From: Paramecium tetraurelia
Taxonomy: Eukaryota
Direction of reading: 5' to 3'
DNA: 64,000 nt
Assembly: GCA_000165425.1 (NCBI GenBank)
Contig: CT868679.1
Span: 186,001-250,000, forward strand
Below are positions 1 through 12,239 of the stretch, in pieces (the first letter of the stretch is position 1; every line of letters begins with the position of its first letter). The position numbers were made by a program, and so were the translations under genes. The notes under the pieces are model-generated. The model did no database searches, was not told the DNA's origin, and saw only the letters and a program-made list of their open reading frames with translations.

Positions 1-486
1 GCAAATACAAAAGGATATTATTCAAATCTTGTAAAAATTGAAAAGGAGAAAAGGAATACGGAAGAAATAAATGAATTTGTTGTGTAAGCACCATGGTATC
101 AAAACGATATGAAAATCAATAAAAATGTCAATCTGATTAAAAAACAACAAGAAGAAATACACAAATTTTCTGGGCTAAATTAACCATATACATCTATAAA
201 TTCAAGTTAACAAAATTTACAAAACAATTCCTCTAAATTGCCTCCAAAAGTTCCTAAAAAGGAAGGAGTTTAAACAAATATTTAACCATTACAATAATAA
301 CAAAATAACTAGTAAGAATAACCTGCCTAATCTTAAATCATCTCCTAATAAGATGTTTCTCCTATAAAATCAAGAATTTTTTCATCTTAAAAATACAATC
401 CTTTAATATATTAAGATAATTTACAATAAAAAATAATGGATTATAAATGCGATATCCCAACAAGATAATTTGATTATTAAAACTGA
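1..486 (+). CDS. 3' end of a gene truncated by the window start; Q/N/P-rich C-terminus, product unknown
   Basis: Frame 1 is open from base 1 to TGA at 484-486 when TAA/TAG=Gln (ANTKGYYSNLVKIEKEKR...QAPWYQNDM...CDIPTRQFDYQN*). Confidence 0.7.
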
Positions 487-623
487 AATATTTTATTTTT
501 TTTGTCATATTTGTGTCATATTTTATGTTTAAAGAATTCAATAATTATTATATTAATCATTTTTAATTGCATTCCAACTATATAATTTTAATAATTAATT
601 TATTAAATTGTTTCTAAAGAAAA

Positions 624-840
624 ATGGTATATTTTATGATTAAAACATAGGATGGAGAAGATGAAATGTAGAAATAAGCAAGATTAATGGCTGAGAAATA
701 TAAGGATGGACCTAAAAAGAAAGGCGCATTGGTGAAAAAAACTTAAGAAGTATTTCTTTAATATTTACAATTAGAGAACATAATTTGATTCAGCTACACA
801 CGAAATGCAAAAATAAGCATAACAACATCCTCCTAAATGA
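624..840 (+). CDS. Minimal endosulfine/ARPP-19-family protein (about 55 aa, 3 exons)
   Basis: ATG at 624, intron 627-650, intron about 750-774, TGA at 838-840. Spliced product is MDGEDEMQKQARLMAEKYKDGPKKKGALVKKTQERTQFDSATHEMQKQAQQHPPK. It has the KY..PKK...ER..FDSA core typical of endosulfines. Confidence 0.7.
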
Positions 841-3139
841 TGATTCGATTATTATTACAATATTATTTAATAATTAAATCTCCTTTCCACCATTCATTTT
901 ACACAAGATTGTTCTAAGATGATCAAACAAATAAGTTTTTTCCATATTTGATAAAATCACTTATTAAATTCTACAAATTTATTGTCCTCAATCAAGGCAT
1001 TGCATTAGAAGCATATATAAATCGAAAAACAATCTCAAATTTTATTGTTTATAAAAAAAACTGAACAAGTTAAAGAAGAACACTCATATTATTTTAATTA
1101 GTCCATTCTCTTCTCAATCCAGATTTATGTAATAAATTCATACAAATTAATACTATTTGGATAGGCTATTGTCCTTAGTGTAAATAGATAATAAAATTTA
1201 AGATTTTACAATTTTGTTTCCTTCAGTATTCTACTTTTAAATCAAATAGCCAATAATCAAAAGTATATAATAAATATATAAAGTTACTAAAATTTTGAAT
1301 GGTTTAATTTGATTTTCTGTGATACAAGGAATTCAAACCAAACAAAAAGAAGAAATCCAATTTATTCAATTAAAAATAAAATAAAATACTTAAAATACTT
1401 AAAATTTAATCCATAATGAATTATCGAAAAAAACTCACCAAAAAGCATAATCAGATTTGCATATTATTGAAAATGAGAACCTTTTGATGAAAGTATCTTA
1501 GAAATTCGATTTAATTGAGAGTATTCTTCTTAAAAATTGAAGATAACTATTGTAAAATTAAAGTTGAATTACCTCTAACATCATAGCTCATTTAAATCAA
1601 ATTTTTTTTTTTCCAAATAATATATCTAAATTGAAATTCCTAAAAATGTTTTTAGTTCGAAGTCTAATGATGGGTCTTTGTGGAAAAATAATGTTCTAAT
1701 TTTAGGTGTAAGCAGCAAAGTTATTTATTGATGATATTATCTTTTTGAGTGTGGAAAATATAAGTAAATTTTGCATTTTTAAGGAAAGTTTGGAATTACT
1801 GTCCATACTTATTTCACATGTGGAAATTGTACATAAACAATATAATTGAAAGAGAAATGAAATTTTAAGAACAAATTTAATTACATTATTGTAAACAATA
1901 GGTATTAGATAAAGAGGAAATATGTTTCTAAAAATATGGATCTGGGTATTCATCATCATAATCCTATAGAACCCAAATACAATTCAAACATTATGGAAAA
2001 ACATCATAAAAGATCAAATTTTATAAAAATTTAAGATTTAAATGTAAATTCTAGCTAATGGCCAATATTAAATACCCATTAATCAAGATGAGAAAGTATT
2101 GTAGAAAAATTATAAAATCAAATTCATCAGTTAGAATTTTGGATCACTGAATATAGCACTTTGAAATAATTAAATAAGAAACAGCGCATCTTTTAAAACT
2201 AGAACATACAAGATTCTGTAAAAAATAAATATTACTATAATAAGAGAAATGTTAATAATTCTTGAGAAACAATTATTGGAGTACATAAACAGTTTATTAG
2301 CAAAAACATCACTACATTCTATTTCAATAATAACTATGACTAAAATTTCATCCTGCCTGATGTCTGAGTTGTTCAGGTGGTTTGGCTAATTTTAAATTTA
2401 AATACAAAAAATGTAAATTGTATTTTTTTTGAGAAATGGTAAAGGAATAGTGGATTACTTTCTAATAATTTATCATCTGCGAAGATTTTAATTATGAAGA
2501 TCTTGGAGTTGGATTAATTATCGATACTGTAAAAGATAAGATAACTTTTAAAAGAAAATAACTACATCCATATTATCATCTGGAACTGATCATATCTTGA
2601 TATTAAGAGAAGTTAATCATTCTGCTTAACAAAAGTAGATGGCTTCATTTGATCACTGTAGATTAAAATTAGAATTTGAAGCCAGTCCTCACCGAGATGG
2701 AAGGGCTGATCAGAATGAATATGTTACAGTATCAAAGGAGAGAGAAATAAAATGTCGTCAACTCATAATGTAGAATGAAAATATCTTATGTTCAATACAA
2801 AACAATGCTTTGGAAAAAAAGCATCATAAGCAAAATAGAATTAGAATTTATTTGTAAAATATTAGAAATTCGATAATTACTTTAATAAACTCAAAAAAAG
2901 TCTAAACAATAATAAGAATTAAATATTTAATATTTTAAAATCAAATCTAATCCTCCGCTAGCAACGAAGAGATGAGGAATTTTTAATTGCTTCATTAATG
3001 ATGATAAATAATTCTGTACAGGAAAGGATATATTCATAAATTGCATAGAAATATTAGATAAATTATCAAGCATTGAGCATTATTGTCCGAAACCCATTCC
3101 ATAGCTACAAGAATAAAAAAAAAGTGGAAATAAAAAAAT

Positions 3140-3900
3140 TTGATAATGCAATCTTATTCGATGGTATAACACATTAACTCATATGACTTTGCAATTGGAA
3201 TGTATAAAATGATTAGGAACGAAAAACTCATTTGCAATCAATAAGAAACTCAGATGGGTAAGATTATGCCAGTGAACAAATTCTACCTTGAAATATCACT
3301 AAAGGAATAATTCAGACCTCCCGTTATATGAGTCCTTTATTAAATTCATTGAACTCTGCTTCTATCAAAAACTACAAGACTTTTTAAGATATAAAATTCT
3401 CAAATCTCGAATAGGTTTCATCTCAGGAATGGGTACTCATATAAATATCTTTCTGATGTTTAAATTGGATTACAAAACGGATGGTAAAATTAAGAAATGT
3501 TTGGCATTTATCGATTTTACAAGCTCATATAATACTAGAGAAAGTTAGAGATTGTACGGGATATTTAAATAGAGTAAAACATTTGATTAATAGGAAGTTG
3601 GCATTTTGGAAGCTATTCACCACCGAATTGTTTGTGTAGATGCATATAATTTCTAAAACAAGATCTATTTAAAAATGGTATTCCTTAAGGATCTCCGATA
3701 TAACCAGCTCTATTTCATTTACCTAGATGAATTCTTAAAAGATTTAATTCAATCCATTAGCAATTCATTCCAGTTCTTAGGATATGCTGACGATCTTATG
3801 TTATTGACTGCATAGAGAATTTGGGTTTCTTGGTTCCTTAATTAAAAATTTATCTTCTTAATGGAATCTACAAATAAATTATAAAAGTGTGGCATTATAG
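3140..3900 (+). pseudogene. Frameshifted reverse transcriptase domain of the LINE relic
   Basis: The FIDF, PQG and YADD motifs are intact but separated by several frameshifts (about 3328, 3340, 3672, 3717, 3815, 3885). Confidence 0.9.
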
Positions 3901-4564
3901 CAATCAAGATGAAAAATAAAATAGGAATCAATTTGTGAGTTTCCTGTCGTGTAATAATATAAGCAGATATTGACTACTTCTTATATATGACTGTCGCATC
4001 TTTATTTCATAATAAGTCGCTGTTAAATAAACTAGTAAAACTTAGGAAGAAATCATTCAAATAAATTATGAGATTCCTACCAAATACTCCTGATATTTCC
4101 ATTGGGTGCTTTTTAACTACCTATTAATCTTCGATAAAGGATAATTTGATTGAAACATTAAAAAATTAGAGGACAGGAGAATAGAGTATCCATGGGAGGA
4201 CTTACTATATATTGCTATGGATATCAAACAACCAGAATTAGAAATAATACCTATCAATTTTTAACTTTTACTTAAATTTGCTTTAACTAAATCCCCCACA
4301 CATGATATATGTTGTACTTTCTAACTCATTTTAGCTAATCAATTTCCCTCATTAAAGATGACTTAGAAAAAGTTTAAGATAGCTAGAAATAACAAATAAT
4401 AATTGAGGACTCGAAAAGAAAAAGTGCTTAAAATTAAACTATAGAAATTGATCCAATGAATTAAGACAAAATAATTGAAATTAAATTTTATAATTCACAT
4501 CTTCCAAATTTGGGCTGGTTGCAATAGTAATATTTAAATTATAAAAAACAATATAAGTCAAATA

Positions 4565-4692
4565 GTAATGAATATTTAAGTACAAATAATGTAGATAAAG
4601 CAATATAATTGAAAATGGAATGAATATTTAAGTACAAATAAGCAATAAATTAAAAAAATATAATTAAAAAATGAATATTAAAGTATAAAAAT
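4565..4692 (+). repeat. Imperfect tandem repeat, about 51-52 bp period, three copies of core AATGAATATTTAAGTACAAATAA
   Basis: The core occurs at about 4567 and 4619, with a variant (AATGAATATTAAAGTATAAAAA) at about 4670. It lies just 3' of the LINE relic. Confidence 0.75.
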
Positions 4693-4966
4693 GATTAATT
4701 TTCATAAAATATATCAATTAATTTGAGAAATTATGTTTTTTTAAATTTATTTAAAATATTAGGTTTTCAAATGCAATTTTTTTTGTTATTTTAATCCTAA
4801 TGAATAGCATTTAACTGATCATTAATTACTTAAAATAAATATATGAATAGCAAATTTCATTAAAAAAAATATTGGCATGATAATTTACAACACAAAATAC
4901 CTCATAAGATTAATTATTCTTTCGAATGAAGTTTTAATATTTTATAAAAATTAATTAATATTTAGA

Positions 4967-5290
4967 ATGGGAAAATAAAACACACAAAATAAATAACATT
5001 CAAGAAGATTAAAGGTTGAAGATTAGTAAGGTTTGAATTTGCCCATAATTAAACAAATTCGAGGAGAGTTTCGATGTGATTTACCATCTCATATATCAAG
5101 TCACATTTTGGTTGGATAAAGATTAGAAATAATTAATTCAAAATTAGAAAACTACATGTTTCGACTAGAATGGAAATAGCGAGCTGATGGAGTTAATCCA
5201 GTTGGAACAGAATTTAGGTACAATGATCTTAAACAAGTGTGTCCAGGTTTATTAATGAAATACTTATCAAAATTTATCGTGCTTTCTTGA
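4967..5290 (+). CDS. Small chromo-shadow-domain-like protein with no chromodomain (107 aa)
   Basis: Single open frame of 108 codons: MGKQNTQNK...IRGEFRCDLPSHISSH...MFRLEWKQRADGVNPVGTEFRYNDLKQVCPGLLMKYLSKFIVLS*. The L.W.....G..P and CP.LL..Y pattern resembles the HP1 chromo shadow C-terminus. Confidence 0.6.
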
Positions 5291-5991
5291 ATGATGAAAT
5301 TAAGCATTTTTAGTCATATATGATAGATAATAATAATAAACATTCCTTTTAATATCATTTTTTTAAGAATTAAAAGCAATATTTTTTTTATGAATCTATT
5401 TAATAAAGCCTTTTGAAACATTAATTGACATTTACAGGTTTTATATAGATTACAGGATCCAAATTAATCGTTAACAATGTTCTAAAATTATTTCTAATAG
5501 TAGTTAACACTATTCAAATAAATAATCATTATTTCAGTTTATGTATTGGATTGAGAAGCTTATTTTAATTAGTAAATTTTATATTTTATGATTTCCATTT
5601 ATTGTAAAATAAAGTAGAGTTCCTAAGGTTAAAGATAACCAATATACTCCTTTTATAATTCAATTAATATTGAATTTAAGACTTTAATATATAAAATCTA
5701 TGTTTCTTGTTCTCTCTAAAGTGACTAAATTCCTTATAAATTTAATCATAACATATAAAAGAAGGTGGCCTGTATTAAAATTAATCTAATAATCTTTAAA
5801 ATTTTGTTAAGAATTTTACCCCTCATACCCAAATACTATAATTTTTGAATTAAAGCTTAATTATTATTTTTCATTTACTACCCTCAAATACATTATTTCT
5901 CTTAAATTTTAAGATATTTAGAACAAAATAATATACTTCCAAAGTTCTATAAGTTGATATTTCTTACATTATTTAAATATAAATTTATTAG

Positions 5992-6741
5992 TCATCCTCC
6001 ATTTAAGCTTGTACACTATTCAGGTGTAACACAGGCCGTTGCATTCCAGCACTCTAATGGGTCATCTATAACGATAGGATCTCCATTTGAGTCAATGGTA
6101 TTATTATTACATTATACGTAAGCACAGGAACATTTTAGGAATTCACTATTGAAAAAATTTTATATAATTTCTCCATTCATTTCACATTCTACATCAAATT
6201 GACATTTTTCAACTAGGTAATTTAATTTCAAATGCTCTGTTAAATTTTAAGCGCAATTACAAGGTGAGGGAAAAGGATTGCCTAGATTAATAGAATCTGA
6301 GCAAGCCATACCATAACCAATGCCCATAGATTCAAATCTGGTCATACAAAAGTCATGATACATACACTGTTCATCTACCCAATCAATTGGTTAATTGCAA
6401 TTCACACATTCCTCACTAGGTTTAAACAAATCAATTTCACAAAATTTTCTACAATCATTATTAAAACCACCATAATTTTTCCCACACCAATTTCCATACT
6501 AAAATGTTTCAGAGATTTCCCATAACGAAAGTATTGAATTCTTGCAATTCTTATTTAAATTTTGACTTCTGAGTAAAGTAGTCTATAATTATGCTTCTAT
6601 ATAATTAAATTATTCCTGTGTTCCCATAAAACATTTATTGTGTACAATTGTCTATAGCAGATTCTTCTCAATTCTAATTTTTTTTGTATTCGAAATAAAA
6701 GTTTAGGCAAATATAGAAAATAAAATCAATATATTAATCAT
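5992..6741 (-). CDS. Secreted phospholipase A2-like protein (Cys-rich, signal peptide), 249 aa
   Basis: Intronless 250-codon frame with a hydrophobic N-terminus (MINILILFSIFAQTF), the Ca-loop YGNWCGKNYGG and the catalytic motif PIDWVDEQCMYHDFC. Confidence 0.85.
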
Positions 6742-6899
6742 TTTATATTATCAAATGGATTAGGAAAATTTGTTTTAAATTAGCTTAATCAAATTAACCA
6801 ATAAATTATTATCAATCAAATTATTATATTATATATTATTATTTAAGTCATCTTCAGAAACTAATACAAAGGAAACTCAAATTTGGAAGCAGAAAAATT

Positions 6900-8720
6900 T
6901 TGAATATATTTTAAACTCTTATGAAAAGGTTGTGAAGAATATTTTTATTAAAATAGTGAGATAGGTTCACTTTACGGTGCTTATAATTACTGTATTTTAG
7001 TGTAGTTAATGACAGAATTATTCAAGAAATGTAATTTAAAATCTGATAATTATTAAAAAGGAACTGCAATTTAAAACATAGAGCTCGTTTATAGTTTGAA
7101 TAGGATAATGAAATATAATAAACATGTAGAATCAATTTAAATAAATTAAAAACAATTGTGAAAAATTATAAATCAATTTTTAAATCTAAAAGACTTAGTT
7201 TTTTTTTTGGAATTTTGAGGTTATTGCTCAAAAATCATTTTTCTAGTCAACATATTTACTACAGGAGATTATTTTATTATTTGCTACTACGCTAGTTATC
7301 TTTTTTGTTAATATTAATTATCTAATCGTGATTATGAAATCTTATATTTTATGGAGTCTTAATAATTTGGATGAAAAATGTTTATTTTTTCACTGAATGA
7401 GTAGAGATCTTTTATTTTAGAATTCTATGAGAAACTTCTTATTTTATATTACTCATTTTATGAGAAAAATGAACTTACAGTCTTTTGACCATCAAATTAA
7501 TCAGTTTTAACTATATCAACTGGTGTAAATTAAATATTTGGAATGGAAGTTGAGTTTTACTTGATTTGCATTAGTTAAATATGTTTTTCAAAATCATTCA
7601 TATCCAAATCGACTGCCCAATTCAAAGATTTCTTTATATGAGTATTCTATTACATCAACTATTAGAATAATTTATCCATATTTTATTCTCTGCTTTAAAA
7701 ATAGAGAATTTAATCATCTTATACTCTAACTATAAATAAGTAATTTACTTGTCTATAGAAAGTAAATCATATAATTTTAAATGAGTCTTTTTAAAATATT
7801 AGCTTAGGTTCTTATTGTTGTTTATATTAGTCTGCCATTCAGGCTAAGTGCTCTTTCTTTATAATAATAATTAAGTTATTGACAATTATTATTGTTATTA
7901 TAATGATTCGTTATTTAAGGAATCTTAGTCTTAACTATGAATCTTTAAAATAATAAAATATAATACTCACTCGCTTAACTATGTCATTATTCGTTAACTT
8001 TCTATTAGCAATTTCTAATTACAATTTACATTCTGTAAAAATGGATTAAATGAGTTAAATAAATACTCCTTATTTACCATCATACATGTTTGATAAGCAA
8101 TTATAAATGGTTGGCTAAAATGTTGATGCTTTTGATCTAAATATAGATTTTTTAGCCAACAAAACTTAATAAGCCTCAGCAAGCCTGGCAATAAATCGAT
8201 GTAATAATCTATGGAATGATAATTGGAGCATACTTAACTTCACTTTCATTATTTAATTATTTATTATGAAATTACTTTAGAAATTTTCTTTCAGTGTTAT
8301 CGTAATATTCGTATTGCTCTGTTAACTCTTCACTATCTTTATTCGGTAACTAATCTAAATTAAATAATTCTTTGAATAATAGATTTAGAGTTTCTTGATC
8401 CAGCTACATTTTATATTTATTAATGTTTTAATTTCGATAAAATTTATAATAAGCAATAGAAATATTATAGTATAAATGCAAGTATTATTGTTGATAATTA
8501 ACAATAAAATATAAGAGAAGCAATAAGTTCTGTTTCCAAAAGATAATCAAAAGAATTACAAATTAATCATAAATTACACTAGAACTTAATTCTTGTTTAT
8601 CTTCTTTTGTAGATATATGCTAACGAATTTGTTTTCATAAAGCTGTATTATATAAATGTTGATAATTTTAAATTTTATAAAGCAACAGGCAACCATAGAA
8701 TATTGAGAATCTTTTCTAAA
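6900..8720 (+). pseudogene. Possible decayed multi-pass membrane-protein gene
   Basis: An unusually long gene-free interval for this genome, with coding-like hydrophobic patches broken by TGA and frameshifts. No clean model could be built. Confidence 0.25.
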
Positions 8721-8875
8721 ATTCTATTTGAAAAACTAATATTTAAATTTACTTTAATTTTGAAAATGTCTATATAAGAGGAATAGTATGTAATACTTTT
8801 CAAAATATATCTATTTTTCAAGTGTTGGTTTTTAGGTTTTATTTCTATTGTTAATCAATTAATAACAAAATAATT

Positions 8876-9573
8876 ATGAGTTTGGATTCTTCTCAAAAGT
8901 GCGACGAAGAAACTGGTTTAAAATCTATCGCTCTTGAACCTTTAGAACTTGATGAAACCTACTAGACCCCTGTTGATATAAGATGGGGAAATTGTTACCC
9001 ATTATTTTAAAAAAACAACATTCCAAAAATTGTGATTGGCCCTCATTGTAATCACTATTAAATATTATTAAAGGGCCATTGTTTATTTGTGCATATTCTT
9101 TATTTTTTGTAGCTAGTGTATTTTTAATTGGGTGGCATTTTACCAGTACATCATCTGAATTCATTAAATGGGCTACTTTTATTATTTGTGTCAATTAATG
9201 TTGGAGTTATGCTTGGGTAGCTTTAATTAATCCTGGAGTTATTAATTACGATAAAAATAATTCTATTGATTATAGACCAAGACCTTCGCCAGAATTAGGA
9301 ATATAGAATGATAGCAAGACTTGGTATTGTAGTGCATGTAAATTGTTATAATTATATGGCACTGTGCATTGTAGTGATTGTGATGTGTGCATATAGGAAA
9401 TGGATCATCATTGTCCATGGACAGGAAAATGTATTGGAAAAGGAAACATAAAATAATTTTATTATTTTCTTGCTAGTACTTTAATATTTATGATTTTTAA
9501 TATTATTGCTTCATTAACACAGTTAGATGGAGCAATAAACGGAACTAGAAGGAAAATAAAATAAGGTAGTTGA
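8876..9573 (+). CDS. DHHC-type palmitoyl acyltransferase
   Basis: ATG at 8876. An intron at about 9048-9073 joins IVIGPH-WPLF. Cys-rich domain CSACKLLQLYGTVHCSDCDVCIQEMDHHCPWTGKCIGKGN. TGA at 9571-9573. Confidence 0.92.
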
Positions 9574-10700
9574 AGAAAATAAATTTATGTTTTAATTTAT
9601 AGTTTGATTAATCTAAATTCTTAACTTAAGTGTAGTATAAAATTTATGTAATAATATTATTAACAAAAATAAGGGAACTGCTTATATGAAAAATTGAATT
9701 TTTCAACTTTCAATAAGGAAATAAATTAGTATTTATATTTTTTTTTTTCTCTTAAAATTTTCTGAACACTTTATAAAAAGTTTGGATAAAACATAACATA
9801 AATTCAACCTAATAATTATTTACAATAGAACAATGAGCTATTTAATTGACAATTTTTACTTGATTCTGAATTCTTGTTGTTTTTTGATTTATTGTTTTTG
9901 TTTTTCTCTTTTGGATATTTATTCTTAAATTGAATCTACAAGTAACTATAATCTTTCATTAATGTTTGTAAGTTTATTTATATTTGAAATATAAATATAT
10001 ATTATTGAATAATTCACTTAAGTTCTAGAAGATTTTGAAGTTCCAATATTTATTTTTCGAATATATCAAATTTATAAAAATAATGATAATCAAATTAGCT
10101 CAATTTGATAATCTTTTTTAAAATTTCCGAAATTTCAATTAAACTGATATCTAAAGGCATATACTTTTGTGAAAAGAAGATAACTTTATACCTAATTTTA
10201 AGAAAAATATGAATATGAGGAAGATTGATATTAAAAATAATCTATTTAGACAAAATTGATAAAAATATATATCAAAAATCCTATATAATTTAGACATCAA
10301 GCACTTATTTATTGATTTATTTTATTATTGATCTTTACAGAATTGAAATAGAATAACTTTAGATAATTATATAATTTTTATTTGAAATTGGCTCTAAGTT
10401 CATCTGTTTATTTAATTAAAGAACGATCCAGAGATATTTAGATATGAATAAGTTTAAACAAACAGGGACTGTCTATACGAAATTAAATTAGATAATAATA
10501 ATTAAGATTATAATCTCTTGGAAGCAGATATGAGTGTAAGAATATAGGCACTGTTATTGAATAATTACATAGCTTTGACTTCTGTAGGTTCTTGAAAGGA
10601 GTAATAGGCTTATCAGTATTTCAATTAGAATTTATTCAATAATTTCTGAATAAGTTTGAATGTCGATATGTTATCTTACAAAATTAATAAATTAATCAGT

Positions 10701-12135
<1,435 letters not shown>

Positions 12136-12239
12136 CTTTTATTTATTTTCATGTTTTGTGTTATAATTTAATTTCTAAATGCAACTTAATATATAAGAAG
12201 TAGAGACTACTTTGTATTTAATATTTATTTTATAATTTC

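Larger units (their letters stand above)
1400..4700 (+). mobile_element. Degenerate non-LTR (LINE-like) retrotransposon: RRM-like ORF1, APE endonuclease, reverse transcriptase, 3' tandem repeat
   Basis: Motifs occur in order across frameshifts. RNP1-like KSN-WVFVE (about 1660-1685). APE-like FGSLNI (2138), IICEDFN (2472-2492, GDFN-like) and SFDH (2645-2656). RT domains AILFDGIT (about 3148), EQFRP (about 3305), RIGFISG, AFIDFTSSYN (about 3504), NGIPQGSP (3674-3697), LGYADDL (3777-3797) and NLQINY-KCGII (about 3865-3898). Boundaries are approximate. Confidence 0.85.
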
